56,364 bases of DNA from Lawsonibacter sp. (GCA_045591745.1 JAZNTL010000120.1:1-56364), one strand, 5' to 3'; positions 39,784 through 50,375 are shown, counted from the first letter of the stretch. Made by a program: numbers and translations. Notes: generated by a model from the letters alone, not told the origin.

Positions 39784-39915
39784 ACCTTTCACCTCTCCCC
39801 TACTCTATTGCCGTGGTGCAAGTCCCTATACTACATTTATAAAATTCCGGGGCAACTCGGCGCATAGTGGTATATTTTTTTGCAAAACCTATCCAAAAGG
39901 TGGTGGGAATTTAAA

Positions 39916-41031
39916 ATGAGAAATAATCACACGCAGGCGGCATATCCAGTCCGCCTCCCTGAACAAAGCGAGAATGGATGCTATGAAATTCGACTGGAAA
40001 GCATTGGCGGTCTCGGCGCCAACCTTTGCGGAAAGCTGTTGGGTGAACTCGGTGCCGCTTATCTGGGGTTGAACGCATCAGCTTTTTCCAGCTATGGCTC
40101 CGAAAAACGTGGCTCACCCGTAAAATCCTTTGTGCGCTGGAGCGCTCCGGAACGGGAGATCCGGCACAACAGTCCCGTGGAGCGCCCTGACCTTCTGGTC
40201 ATATTCCACGCGGCACTCGCCAATACCTTGCCCGTGACCGCCGGTGTGGAAGAAGATTGCACTGTATTGGTAAACACAAACACCGACCCGAACGATGTGC
40301 GTGAGCAGCTTCATCTGCACGCCGGTACCATCTGCTGTGTGGATGGGTTGGAGCTGGCTTTGCGCAGCAAAAGCAGGGTGAATATGGTAATGCTTGGAGC
40401 GATTGTAAAGGTATCCGGCTTTATCCCTCTCGAGGCGGCGAAGGAACTGGTCACGAACACCCTGGGCAAAAAATATCCCTCCGCGCTGGAAGCTAACCTG
40501 GCCGGTCTGGAGCTTGGATTCGCGCAAGTTCGCAGCCAGCACTTCTCCCCCGACGACCGCTACGCCACCGTCCCCTATCAGGAAATAAAAAGCCGCTGGG
40601 GGTATGCCAACGCACCGTTGGGCGGGGCTAATCCCCACATCGGCAGCACGTTCTCCAACGACCTGTCCCCCTCCCGCGAGGGATATATCCCGCTGTTTCT
40701 CCCGGAAAAATGCATCCATTGCGGCCTGTGCGACTCTACGTGCCCGGACATGGTCTTTCAGTTCCTGCCCGGAACATACCGCAACCGCCCGTCCATGCTG
40801 AATCGTGGTCTGGATTATCACCACTGCAAGGGCTGTATGCGCTGCGTCAATGTATGTCCCACCGGCGCACTGGTGGCCGGAAAGGAACGGGAACACCCGA
40901 ACAAACGGTGGTTTGTTCGCAACAAGGACCTGATCACGCAGGAGATTGATTTTGAACCGGCAGGTGCCGACCCGTGGGTCACCGGAGAATCCTACCTGAC
41001 CGAAAAACGAGTGGACGGAGGGCTGATGTAA
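39916..41031 (+). CDS. 2-oxoacid:ferredoxin oxidoreductase gamma+delta fusion
   Basis: EIRLESIGGLGA and YGSEKRGSPV, with two C-terminal [4Fe-4S] motifs CIHCGLCDSTCP and CKGCMRCVNVCP. Confidence 0.9.
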   Translation: MRNNHTQAAYPVRLPEQSENGCYEIRLESIGGLGANLCGKLLGELGAAYLGLNASAFSSYGSEKRGSPVKSFVRWSAPEREIRHNSPVERPDLLVIFHAALANTLPVTAGVEEDCTVLVNTNTDPNDVREQLHLHAGTICCVDGLELALRSKSRVNMVMLGAIVKVSGFIPLEAAKELVTNTLGKKYPSALEANLAGLELGFAQVRSQHFSPDDRYATVPYQEIKSRWGYANAPLGGANPHIGSTFSNDLSPSREGYIPLFLPEKCIHCGLCDSTCPDMVFQFLPGTYRNRPSMLNRGLDYHHCKGCMRCVNVCPTGALVAGKEREHPNKRWFVRNKDLITQEIDFEPAGADPWVTGESYLTEKRVDGGLM

Positions 41032-41032
41032 T

Positions 41033-43261
41033 ATGGAGCTCAAGGAACAGCGCCTGCTGTTTGAAAGCGGCAATGAACTGGCCGCCTTTGCCGCCAAACA
41101 GATCAACTACCATGTCATGGGCTACTATCCCATCACCCCCTCCACCCAGATTGCGGAACATCTGGACCAAATGGGTGCCGACGGCCAGCACAATATCGCA
41201 CTGATGCCCGCAGAAGGGGAGCACAGCGCCGCCGGGATCTGCTACGGTGCCTCCGTCGGAGGTGGCCGGGTATTCAATGCCACCTCGGCCAACGGCCTGC
41301 TCTATGCACTGGAGCAGCTTCCGGTCCAATCAGGCACCCGGATGCCCATGGTGCTGAACATCGCGTGCCGCACCGTGTCCGGCCCGCTGTCCATTAAGGG
41401 CGACCACAGCGACCTGATGTACACCCTGAACACCGGCTGGGTGATCCTGTTTGCCGACTCTCCTCAGGAGGTCTATGACTGTAACCTTTGCGCCCTGAAG
41501 CTGGCAGAAAAGCTGCTTCTTCCGGTCATCGTTGCCTTTGACGGTTTTTTTACCAGCCACCAGAAGCGCAATTGCCATGTGTTTGCCCGGGGCGAGGATG
41601 TGCGGGCCTTTATCGGCCCCCTCCCGGAGCGTACCAGTGCGTTAGACCCGGAAAACCCGGTCACCATCGGCTCCTACATGAACGAGCCGGACCTGCTGAA
41701 TAACAAGTACCAGCTCCATCTGGCCATGGAGCAGGCACGCACCCAAATCCCCGAGGTATTCCGGGAATATGCCTCCCTGTCCGGACGGGAATTGAGCATG
41801 GTAAAGGGATATCAAGTGCAGGATGCCGACGTGCTGCTGTTTGTGCTGGGCTCCGCCTACCTCACCGCCAAATCCGCCGTAGATGCTCTGCGTGCACAGG
41901 GAAAACAGGTCGGAGTATTTACCCTTGGCGTTCTGCGCCCCTTCCCCGCCCGGGAGGTCGCCCAGCTGTGCAAACAGGCCAAAACGATTTTGGTGGCTGA
42001 CCGTCAGGACAGCTACGGCGCAGGCGGCGGCAATCTGTCTCTGGAGATCCGGGCCGCCCTGCAGCAGTTCGGCATCACCGCCCGGGTGCTTAGCCGTATT
42101 TACGGTTTGGGCGGCCGTGATTTTTACGAAAAAGATGCCATGGAGCTGCTGCAGCTGTGCTATGATGAGCATGCTCCTCAGTTTGATTATCTGGGCGCTG
42201 ACCCGGGCAGTGCGGATTATACCCCCACCCCCTACTTCAAGCCTGTCACAAAAGATACCGCCTCCCCCGGTCTGACACAGTGCGTGCAGGAGGACGGACG
42301 GGTGATGGTCAAGGGCGGCACGGTACGGGATACCACCGCCATGCCCAAGCGGCTGGCACCGGGCCACGGCGCCTGTCCCGGCTGCGGCATCCCGGTCAAC
42401 GTAAATCTGCTTCTGCGGGGCATTGAGGGCAACGTGGTCCTCCTGTTTCAAACTGGCTGCGGCATGGTGGTAACCACCGGATACCCCAACACGGCATTTA
42501 AGGTTCCCTATGTGCACAACCTGTTCCAAAACGGCGCGGCAACTCTGGCAGGTCTGGCCAAAATGTATCACCAGCGGCAGGCCCGTGGCGAACTGCCTCC
42601 CGGCCCCATCACCTTTATCATGGTCAGCGGTGACGGGGGCATGGACATCGGCATGGGTTCCGCTCTGGGTACGGCACTTCGGGGCGATCCGGTCATCCTG
42701 TTCGAGTATGATAACGGTGGCTACATGAACACCGGCTATCAGCTCTCCTACTCCACCCCTATGGGGGCAAAAAGTGCGACCTCACACCTTGGTCCAAACC
42801 GGTGGGGTAAGGATTTCTTCCACAAGGACATGCCTCAGATCATGGCTGCCACCGGAATACCCTACGTGGCCACCGCCGCGGAGTCTGACCCCACAGACTT
42901 CATCAAAAAGGCCGCGAAAGCGCAATATTACGCTTTGCATCACGGGACAGCGTACGTCAAATGTCTGTCCGCTTGTCCTCTAAACTGGGGTGATCAACCC
43001 GGCACAGAACGAAAGGTCATTGCAGCCGCGGTGGACAGCTGTTATTTCCCTTTGTACGAAGTGGAGCAGGGCCACACCGCCCTTTCCTATGATCCAGAAC
43101 ACAAGGGGAAGAAGATCCCGGTGGCGGACTGGCTTGGCATGATGGGCCGGACCCGGCATCTGCGCGGCGAACAGTACCGATCCGTAAGCCAGCAGATCCA
43201 GAACGAGGTGGATCGGCGCTGGGAGCGTTTGAAAGCCCGGGCTGAGCACCCAGCATTGTAA
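41033..43261 (+). CDS. 2-oxoacid:ferredoxin oxidoreductase alpha+beta fusion (TPP-dependent)
   Basis: YYPITPST, EGEHSA, ATSANG, DGFFTSH; beta part GACPGCG, GDGGMDIG...YDNGGYMNTG. Confidence 0.9.
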   Translation: MELKEQRLLFESGNELAAFAAKQINYHVMGYYPITPSTQIAEHLDQMGADGQHNIALMPAEGEHSAAGICYGASVGGGRVFNATSANGLLYALEQLPVQSGTRMPMVLNIACRTVSGPLSIKGDHSDLMYTLNTGWVILFADSPQEVYDCNLCALKLAEKLLLPVIVAFDGFFTSHQKRNCHVFARGEDVRAFIGPLPERTSALDPENPVTIGSYMNEPDLLNNKYQLHLAMEQARTQIPEVFREYASLSGRELSMVKGYQVQDADVLLFVLGSAYLTAKSAVDALRAQGKQVGVFTLGVLRPFPAREVAQLCKQAKTILVADRQDSYGAGGGNLSLEIRAALQQFGITARVLSRIYGLGGRDFYEKDAMELLQLCYDEHAPQFDYLGADPGSADYTPTPYFKPVTKDTASPGLTQCVQEDGRVMVKGGTVRDTTAMPKRLAPGHGACPGCGIPVNVNLLLRGIEGNVVLLFQTGCGMVVTTGYPNTAFKVPYVHNLFQNGAATLAGLAKMYHQRQARGELPPGPITFIMVSGDGGMDIGMGSALGTALRGDPVILFEYDNGGYMNTGYQLSYSTPMGAKSATSHLGPNRWGKDFFHKDMPQIMAATGIPYVATAAESDPTDFIKKAAKAQYYALHHGTAYVKCLSACPLNWGDQPGTERKVIAAAVDSCYFPLYEVEQGHTALSYDPEHKGKKIPVADWLGMMGRTRHLRGEQYRSVSQQIQNEVDRRWERLKARAEHPAL

Positions 43262-43269
43262 CAAGACAA

Positions 43270-43308
43270 GTCATAACCACCGGCTAAGCCAGTGGCTTGC
43301 GTAACCAG
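43270..43308. mobile_element. Isolated IS200/IS605-like end hairpin
   Basis: gtcataaccaccggctaagccagtggcttg resembles HUH/Y1 element subterminal palindromes. Confidence 0.4.
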
Positions 43309-43310
43309 TA

Positions 43311-43354
43311 AAAATACCGCTCCGGATACATTACGTATCCGGAGCGGTATTTTT
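43311..43354. terminator. Bidirectional terminator
   Basis: aaaataccgctccggatac...gtatccggagcggtatttt between convergent genes. Confidence 0.75.
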
Positions 43355-44171
43355 ATTGCTGTAAAAGCTGTCCCGCCTTGATCTCATAAGTTCCCACACC
43401 CGGTTGGTATACCCAAACGCTTCTGGGACCCGGATTATAAACCATGGTCCCGTCCGCGGAATACTCCAGCCGCTTGTAGTCGCGCCAGGCAAGATAGACT
43501 TCCTCGTTGGTGGCATACCAGATGTCATCCCTGCCGGCGATCTCATCGGCAAAGCGTTCCATCACGTCCCAGTTGTTCCGGTCGTCAAACTGATAGGCAT
43601 GGCCCCACACCAGAAACAGCTGGGGGTTTTTCACCGGATTTGATGCCATAAAACGCTGCGCCAACTCCATGAGCATAGCGTTGTTGTGGTGGCAGGTGGG
43701 GTGCAAGCGCAGCCAGTTTTCCGGCAGGTAAAAATCCTTTGTGGACTTGGCCGTGCGGCCATACCAAATGCCCGCACTCCGGCACAGACTATCCACTTCC
43801 TCGTTTACCGAACCGTTGGCATAGGCAAGACCGTGAATCTGCCGTCCAAACAGGCGCTCCAGATTTCTTCTGTCATCCAGCACATCAAGACTTGCCACCG
43901 CGGTATCCAGAATAGCCAGCGTACCGTGCCGGGCACCATGGCAGGCCACCTCGCACACATCGGTGGTATAAACTTGCTGCACCTCTTGCTCGGTCAGACG
44001 GCGGTGCTTGTCCTGCTGTCCGAACAAGCCGGAGTTCAGGTTAAATGTGCCCTTTAAGCCGTGCTGTCGGAATATGTCGATCAGGCGGATGTCCTGCTCC
44101 ACACCGTCGTCATAGCTAAAGGTCAGCACCTTCGCCTTTCCGCCCGGAAAGCGCAAATAACGGTTTATCAT
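43353..44171 (-). CDS. Polysaccharide deacetylase (CE4/NodB-like)
   Basis: TFSYDDG, KGTFNLNSG, EVACHG..H, AYANG, WGHAYQF. Confidence 0.88.
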   Translation of the reverse strand: MINRYLRFPGGKAKVLTFSYDDGVEQDIRLIDIFRQHGLKGTFNLNSGLFGQQDKHRRLTEQEVQQVYTTDVCEVACHGARHGTLAILDTAVASLDVLDDRRNLERLFGRQIHGLAYANGSVNEEVDSLCRSAGIWYGRTAKSTKDFYLPENWLRLHPTCHHNNAMLMELAQRFMASNPVKNPQLFLVWGHAYQFDDRNNWDVMERFADEIAGRDDIWYATNEEVYLAWRDYKRLEYSADGTMVYNPGPRSVWVYQPGVGTYEIKAGQLLQQ

Positions 44172-44258
44172 ATGTGCTCTCCCCTTTCAGAGATGATGCT
44201 CACTTAAAGCATTCTGTCAGATAGTCCTTGGTGCACTTCATCTCCTTGCACCTTTGGC

Positions 44259-45482
44259 TCAAAACTGAAAGTAATCCTTTGCGTTCTGGTAGCAGATGCC
44301 GGTGACGATCTGCTTCAGAGTCTCCCAGTCGGCGGGATATTCTCCTTCTTCCACCCACTGGCCCAGCACGTTGCACAGGATGCGGCGGAAATATTCGTGG
44401 CGGGGGTAGGACACAAAGCTGCGGGAGTCGGTGGTCATACCCACGAAACGGGGCAGCAGGGACAGGTTGGCAAGGGCCTTCATCTGGGCCTCCATGCCGT
44501 CGCGCTGGTCGTTGAACCACCAGCCGGAGCCAAACTGCACCTTGCCGGGCACGGGTGCCTTCTGGAAGCAGCCCATCAGGGTGCCAATGGAGTAGTTGTC
44601 CTTAAGATTCAGATTATAGAGAATGGTCTTGGGCAGAGCATCCTCTTTTTCCAGCGCGTCCAGCAGCCATGCAAGACCGTGAACGATCTCCATATCGTTG
44701 GCGCAGTCGTAGCCGGTATCCGGACCAAGGCGCTCAAACATGGGGGTGTTGTTGTTGCGCACCGCACCCACATGCAGCTGCATGGTCCAGCCACGCTTGG
44801 CATACTCCTTGCCCAGGAACACTAAAGTTTCCAAGGTTTCAGGCTTCATGTCGTCCACTGCGTGGTCAGACAGACGGCAACCGTGGTCATGGAAGAAATC
44901 CATATGCTTTGTAATGCTGCCGTCCACCTTGCTCAGGTCGGGGCGGAACGCAGGCAGTACCCGCACAGGGAAGTCTTTCAGCTGCTCGTGATATTCCAGC
45001 GTGTCACCGGGGGCATCGGTGGTGCAAACCAGCTCTACGTTGGAGCGCTGGATCAGACCCCGGGCGGTAAATTCATCCTTGGCAAGGCAGGCATTGACCT
45101 GCTCCCAGATGGCCTTGGCAGTGGCGGGGGTCAGGGTCTCGTCCACGCCGAAGTAACGCTTGAGCTCCAGGTGGGTCCAATGGTACATGGGGTTACCAAT
45201 GCAAAGGGGCAGGGTCTGCGCAAAGGCCATCCACTTGTCATAGTCATCCCCGTCGCCGGTGATGAGCTTCTCATCGATACCGTTGGTGCGCATCTGACGC
45301 CACTTGTAGTGGTCGCCGCCCAGAAACAGCTCGGTAGCGTTGCGGAAGCGGTGATCCTTTGCCATCACCTCGGGAGACAGGTGGCAGTGGTAGTCAATGA
45401 TGGGCAGGCCCTCAGCAAATTCGTGGTAGAGCTTCTGCGCCGTTTTGTTCTTCAGCATGAAATCAGAATGGATAAACGCCAT
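44259..45482 (-). CDS. uxaC: Glucuronate isomerase (compact form)
   Basis: IIDYHCHL, DHYKWR, GNPMYHWTHLEL, CTTD, MQLHVG, GWWFND, TDSRSF.SYPRHEYFRR. Confidence 0.93.
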   Translation of the reverse strand: MAFIHSDFMLKNKTAQKLYHEFAEGLPIIDYHCHLSPEVMAKDHRFRNATELFLGGDHYKWRQMRTNGIDEKLITGDGDDYDKWMAFAQTLPLCIGNPMYHWTHLELKRYFGVDETLTPATAKAIWEQVNACLAKDEFTARGLIQRSNVELVCTTDAPGDTLEYHEQLKDFPVRVLPAFRPDLSKVDGSITKHMDFFHDHGCRLSDHAVDDMKPETLETLVFLGKEYAKRGWTMQLHVGAVRNNNTPMFERLGPDTGYDCANDMEIVHGLAWLLDALEKEDALPKTILYNLNLKDNYSIGTLMGCFQKAPVPGKVQFGSGWWFNDQRDGMEAQMKALANLSLLPRFVGMTTDSRSFVSYPRHEYFRRILCNVLGQWVEEGEYPADWETLKQIVTGICYQNAKDYFQF

Positions 45483-45503
45483 GTTCTTTTCCTCCTTTTT
45501 CTC

Positions 45504-46082
45504 TTAACCTAAATACTTATGTACCATGGGCTACGCGGCATCGGCATAGAAGCGATGGCCGCCCTCGCCAAAGCTGCGCTGCTCCATGGCGATGGCCGCA
45601 AAGCCCTCTTTCACCGTGCGCACACAGAAGTCACGGTCGCCGCCCTCGATGCTCTTTGTATCATTCAGGTACTTGGGCCGCCCCATGGAGATGTGCATGC
45701 CCTTAGAATGGCCCTGCAGACAGATGATGACGGGAGGATTCTCCACACCGTCGGGCAGGAACAGATGGCAGGGCACCCGGTACCCGTCCTCGCTGCGGAA
45801 GGTGAAGCGGATCTCGGTTGCACCCTCCACCTTCTTTTCATAGACGATCTCCAGTTCGGGAGCCACCTTTTCAAACTGATCCATACCAAGCAGGGCACGC
45901 AGCTTTTCACGGGCGCCCACCTTCCATGCATCCAGATCCTTGCCGGGATAGCTCATATCGGGCTTGATGCTGTTGAATCGTTTTTTGCTCTGCTCTACCG
46001 CAGGCATCGCCACAGGTTCAAAATCAAAATGCTCGGGATCGGGAACAAACTCAATCACTTCGGACGTAATTGCGTCAGACAT
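45504..46082 (-). pseudogene. Alpha/beta hydrolase (esterase-like), internally deleted and with a premature stop
   Basis: The N-terminal part (ICLQGHSKG...IAMEQRSFGE) joins directly to the C-terminal GGHRFYAD, and no nucleophile motif is present. A TAG at 45531 precedes PMVHKYLG*. Confidence 0.7.
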
Positions 46083-46238
46083 AATCCTCGCATCCTTTCG
46101 GTGTTATTTTACAACCATATTGTAATTGGATCAAGTCGGCAATTCTACCAATCCATTGGTTTGTTTTCAATTATTGATACTGATTTCTTGCCATATCCCG
46201 TCGTGTGTGTTATGATACAGCCAAAGGAGGGCTGCCAC

Positions 46239-47063
46239 ATGTCACACAAACCGCTGGGAATTTACATCAATAAAAGCACCTCCCGTTCCGGTCTGAGCAT
46301 GGCCAAGATGCACTCGCATAAGTCACACGAGATCTATTTTCTTCTTGCGGGCCAGCGTCGTTACTTCGTGGGCCACAGGGTTTACGAGCTGGTGCCCGGC
46401 AATCTGGCCTTTATCCCCGGAGATATGCTGCACCGCACCACGGCCTCCGGCCGCAAGGGTTACGAGCGCTATGTGGTCAATTTTTCCGAAAGGCACTTGC
46501 ACCGCTTTATCGACCTGATCGGCCGCTCCAATTTCGACAGGCTGCTGCACAGCGGCTGTGTGGACCTGCCCGCCGATATCAGCCGCCAAGTCCGACAGGA
46601 TTTGGTCCTGCTGGAACAGGAACTGAAAAACCGCACCGCCTACACCAGCGCCGTAGCGATCCATCTGCTGGAGGATATTCTGCTGTGCGCCCTGCAGCAT
46701 GGGAAGCCCACCGCGCCCTGTACGGGGGAAACCGCCGACAACATTCAGCGCGTGGCACGCTACATCAGCGAAAACTACGCCGAACCGCTGACACTGCAGT
46801 CGGCTGCCCAGATGGCCAACATGGAAAAAACCTATTTTTCCAAGCGCTTTAAGCTGCTCACCGGCTTTGGTTTCCACGAGTATCTGACCCAAACCCGTCT
46901 GCTGGCCGCCGCGCAGATGCTGAAGGAGACCGATTTGAGCATGGTAACGATCGCCGAGCGCTGCGGTTTTTCCGGCAGCAATTATTTCGGCGATAGTTTC
47001 CGCCGCTGGATGGGGATCTCGCCTTCACAATACCGCAAAAGCAAAAAGAACACAGCCAATTGA
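46239..47063 (+). CDS. AraC family transcriptional regulator
   Basis: Cupin motif HSHKSHEI and the HTH signature IAERCGFSGSNYFGDSFRRWMGISPSQYR; AAGGAGG RBS before 46239. Confidence 0.93.
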   Translation: MSHKPLGIYINKSTSRSGLSMAKMHSHKSHEIYFLLAGQRRYFVGHRVYELVPGNLAFIPGDMLHRTTASGRKGYERYVVNFSERHLHRFIDLIGRSNFDRLLHSGCVDLPADISRQVRQDLVLLEQELKNRTAYTSAVAIHLLEDILLCALQHGKPTAPCTGETADNIQRVARYISENYAEPLTLQSAAQMANMEKTYFSKRFKLLTGFGFHEYLTQTRLLAAAQMLKETDLSMVTIAERCGFSGSNYFGDSFRRWMGISPSQYRKSKKNTAN

Positions 47064-47065
47064 AA

Positions 47066-47098
47066 CAACCCCGATACCTGGATGGTATCGGGGTTGTT
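47066..47098. terminator. Hairpin between convergent araC and pflA
   Basis: aacaaccccgatacc-tggat-ggtatcggggttgtt. Confidence 0.6.
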
Positions 47099-47107
47099 CA
47101 TTATGCG

Positions 47108-47803
47108 TTATAACAGCGCATTCAGCCGATCCATCTGCTCGGGAGTCGGTTCGGGAACATGCTCCAGCGGGAACGAAACATCCAGTGCCTCGTACTTGGT
47201 GTGGCACAGCTTGCGAAAAGCCAGCAGTTCCACTTTGTCCACACAGGGATGCGCGTCCCTGATTTTTTTCAGGGCCGTGATATTTTTTTCACTGTCGTTA
47301 AGCGTTGGGATGATGACCTGCCGCAGAGTGGTTGGGATGTGCCGTTCATTCAGTAGGTGGAGAAAATCCAGCACCGGCTCCAAACCGCATCCCACGTGGG
47401 CACGATAGTCTGTATCGTTGGTATACTTTACATCCAGCAGCACCCGGTCGGTCACGGATAGAAGTCTCTTCACATCCTCGTTGAGCACAGAGCCGGAGGT
47501 GTCAAGGCAGGTATTGATGCCCTTCTCATGGCACAGGTCAAACAGCTTATATGCACTCTTTGCCTGTAAAAGCGGCTCGCCACCGGAAAGGGTAATGCCA
47601 CCCTCGGTGCCGAAATACTCCTTGTACCGCACCGCACGGCGGACCAGTTCCTCCACTGGCAGTTCATTTCCCTGCCTTGGGTCCCACGTGTCGGGATTGT
47701 GGCAGCATTTGCATCTTAAATGACAGCCCTGCACAAATACCACAAACCGCACTCCCGGGCCGTCCAGCGTCCCAAGGGACTGTATGGAATGTACCCGAAG
47801 CAT
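47108..47803 (-). CDS. pflA: Pyruvate formate-lyase activating enzyme
   Basis: DGPGVRFV, radical SAM motif CHLRCKCCHNPD, SGGEP. Confidence 0.95.
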   Translation of the reverse strand: MLRVHSIQSLGTLDGPGVRFVVFVQGCHLRCKCCHNPDTWDPRQGNELPVEELVRRAVRYKEYFGTEGGITLSGGEPLLQAKSAYKLFDLCHEKGINTCLDTSGSVLNEDVKRLLSVTDRVLLDVKYTNDTDYRAHVGCGLEPVLDFLHLLNERHIPTTLRQVIIPTLNDSEKNITALKKIRDAHPCVDKVELLAFRKLCHTKYEALDVSFPLEHVPEPTPEQMDRLNALL

Positions 47804-50034
47804 CAGATGCGCTCGTGGAAGGTGCGGCTGATGACCTCACGCTGCTGCTCGCGGGACAGCTTGTTGAAGTTCACCGCATAGCCGGACACACGGATGGTCA
47901 GGTTGGGGTACTCTTCGGGATTCTCATAGGCCTTGAGCAGCGTCTCACGGTTCATCACGTTCACATTGATGTGATGAGCCTTCTTGGCAAAGTAGCCGTC
48001 CAGAATGGACACCAGATTGCCCTTGCGCTCACCCTCGCTCTTGCCCAGGGTATCGGGAGTGATGGAGAAGGTATTGGAAACACCGTCGCGGCAATCGTCG
48101 TAGCTGATTTTTGCCACGGAGTTCAAAGAGGCCAGAGCACCGTTTTCCTCACGGTTGTGCATGGGGTTGGCGCCGGGAGCGAAGGGCTCGCCGTTGCCTC
48201 TGCCGTCGGGGGTAGCACCGGTGTTCTTACCGTACATCACGTTGGAGGTAATGGTCAGGATGGACAGAGTGTGGATGGCATTGCGGTAGGTGGGGGTCTT
48301 GCGCAGCTCGGTGATGACCTTGTGGGTCATATCCTTGGCCAGCTGGTCCACACGGTCATCGTCGTTGCCGAACTTGGGGAACTCGCCCACAGTCTCGAAG
48401 CCCTCAATGTAGCCGGCGGCATTCTTGATGGGACGCACCTTGGCATACTTGATGGCGGACAGAGAGTCGGTCACAACGGACAGGCCCGCCACACCAAAGG
48501 CCATCAGCCGCTCCACAGTGGTGTCATGCAGCGCCATCTGGGTCTTTTCATAGGCATACTTATCGTGCATGTAGTGGATAACATTCATGGTGTTCACGTA
48601 CAAGCGCATGAGCCATGCGATGTAGCTGTCAAAGCGCTCCATGACCGCATCGAAGTCCAGCTCATCACCCTCCATCACGCCCATCTGGGGACCGATGTGC
48701 ATGTCGCTGTTCAGGTCGTAGCCGCCGTTCAGGGCAATGAGCAGCAGCTTGGCCAGATTGCAGCGGGCACCGAAGAACTGCATCTGCTTGCCCACCCGCA
48801 TGGCGGAGACGCAGCAGGCGATGGCATAATCGTCGCCGTACTCGGGGCGCATAATGTCGTCGTTCTCGTACTGGATGGAGTCGGTGTCGATGGACACCTT
48901 GGCGCAGAAGCGCTTGAACGCCTCAGGCAGGGAGTTGGACCAGAGAATGGTGATGTTGGGCTCGGGCGCGGAACCCAGAGTATACAGGGTGTTGAGGAAG
49001 CGGAAGCTGCTCTTAGTAACAAGGCTGCGGCCGTCCTCACCCATGCCGCCGACCACCTCGGTGATCCACATGGGGTCGCCGCCGAACAGCTCATTGTACT
49101 CGGCGGTGCGCAGATGACGGGCAATACGCAGCTTGATGACGAAGTCGTCCATCAGCTCCTGAGCACCGGCCTCGGTGAGGATGCCGCGCTCCATATCGCG
49201 CTCGATGTAGATGTCAAAGAAGGTGCTCACGCGGCCCAGAGACATGGCAGCGCCGTTCTGCTCCTTGATGGAGGCAAGGTAGGCAAAGTAGGTCCACTGG
49301 ATGGCCTCACGGGCATTCTTGGCGGGCTGGGAAATGTCGCAGCCGTACATGGCAGCCATTTCCTTCATGAAGCCCAGAAACGCGATCTGCTGGTACAGCT
49401 CTTCGCTGGCACGGGCGGTCTCGGCGGTGAAGTCCTGCTCACCGATCTTGGCCTTATCTGCCTTCTTCATCTCGATCAGGCGGTCCACGCCGTACAGAGC
49501 CACACGGCGGTAGTCGCCGATAATACGGCCGCGGCCGTAGGCATCGGGCAGGCCGGTGATGACGTGGCAGCTGCGGGCGGCGCGCATCTCATCAGTGTAG
49601 ATGCGGAACACACCGGTGTTGTGGGTGGTACGGAACTTGAACTCGTCCTCCACCTTGTCGCTGAGCTTATAGCCGTAAGCCTCGCAAGCCTGACGGGCCA
49701 TACGGATGCCGCCGAAGGGATTGACACCGCGCTTCAGGGGGCTGTCCGTCTGCATGCCCACGATCAGTTCGTTTTCCTTGTCAATATAGCCGGGGGCATA
49801 GCTGGTCAGGGAGGACACGGTCTCGGTGTCGATGTCCAGCACACCGCCCTTTGCCCGCTCCTGACGGAACAGCTCGCGCACCTTGCCCATGACCTTTTCA
49901 GTGCGCTCAGTAGCCTTGGCTAGAAATGCCTCGTCCCCGTGATATTCCTTATAGTTGTTCTGAATAAAGTCCCGGACGTTGATCTCGTCCTGCCATGCTC
50001 CGCTGCGGAAGCCTTCCCAGTTTGCGTGCATCAT
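47803..50034 (-). CDS. pflB: Formate C-acetyltransferase (pyruvate formate-lyase)
   Basis: [23 protein letters not shown], and the glycyl radical motif IRVSGYAV. Confidence 0.98.
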   Translation of the reverse strand: MMHANWEGFRSGAWQDEINVRDFIQNNYKEYHGDEAFLAKATERTEKVMGKVRELFRQERAKGGVLDIDTETVSSLTSYAPGYIDKENELIVGMQTDSPLKRGVNPFGGIRMARQACEAYGYKLSDKVEDEFKFRTTHNTGVFRIYTDEMRAARSCHVITGLPDAYGRGRIIGDYRRVALYGVDRLIEMKKADKAKIGEQDFTAETARASEELYQQIAFLGFMKEMAAMYGCDISQPAKNAREAIQWTYFAYLASIKEQNGAAMSLGRVSTFFDIYIERDMERGILTEAGAQELMDDFVIKLRIARHLRTAEYNELFGGDPMWITEVVGGMGEDGRSLVTKSSFRFLNTLYTLGSAPEPNITILWSNSLPEAFKRFCAKVSIDTDSIQYENDDIMRPEYGDDYAIACCVSAMRVGKQMQFFGARCNLAKLLLIALNGGYDLNSDMHIGPQMGVMEGDELDFDAVMERFDSYIAWLMRLYVNTMNVIHYMHDKYAYEKTQMALHDTTVERLMAFGVAGLSVVTDSLSAIKYAKVRPIKNAAGYIEGFETVGEFPKFGNDDDRVDQLAKDMTHKVITELRKTPTYRNAIHTLSILTITSNVMYGKNTGATPDGRGNGEPFAPGANPMHNREENGALASLNSVAKISYDDCRDGVSNTFSITPDTLGKSEGERKGNLVSILDGYFAKKAHHINVNVMNRETLLKAYENPEEYPNLTIRVSGYAVNFNKLSREQQREVISRTFHERI

Positions 50035-50094
50035 AAGTTCTCTCTCCTTTTCTTTAAAAGCAACAAAAAATGGACAAATCAGTACGAACTGACT

Positions 50095-50166
50095 TGCCCA
50101 GACGGTCGGCTGTTTGCCTTTTGCACTCCCCCGCGGTTACCCGCTGATCCGTCAGTCATGCAAAGG
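50095..50166 (-). ncRNA. ZMP/ZTP (pfl) riboswitch
   Basis: The minus strand reads ctttgca-tgactgacgga...gcgggtaaccgc-gggggagtgcaaaag...gccgaccgtctgggca, with GACG/CGTC pseudoknot pairing. The 3' end overlaps a terminator gggcaagtcagt..actgatttgtcc-attttttg upstream of pflB. Confidence 0.92.
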
Positions 50167-50185
50167 TTTTCACTTGTGTGTTGTT

Positions 50186-50214
50186 ATTGTATCTCATTCT
50201 CTTCCTTCTGTCAA
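50186..50214 (-). promoter_or_regulatory. Sigma-A promoter of the pflB leader
   Basis: TTGACA-N17-TACAAT just upstream of the riboswitch. Confidence 0.7.
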
Positions 50215-50375
50215 ATAAAATTCGCAAAATTCCCCAAATAAGCCAATGAAGGACAAAATTAGCCCCTGCCGACCATCTTTATATGCGGATATTGTCCTTT
50301 CCTTTCGGAAAGGATGCGGAATTTCTTGCAGCTACAATTGACTTTTTCCGCTGCCCCATGTATCATAGTGCTGTC

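Noticed and set aside
41033-43261. Oxalate oxidoreductase assignment
   Set aside because: The active-site loop is YPITP (pyruvate-type), not YPIRP.
45519-46238. N-terminal extension making AraC 514 aa
   Set aside because: It is antisense to the hydrolase gene, and a strong AAGGAGG RBS supports the start at 46239.
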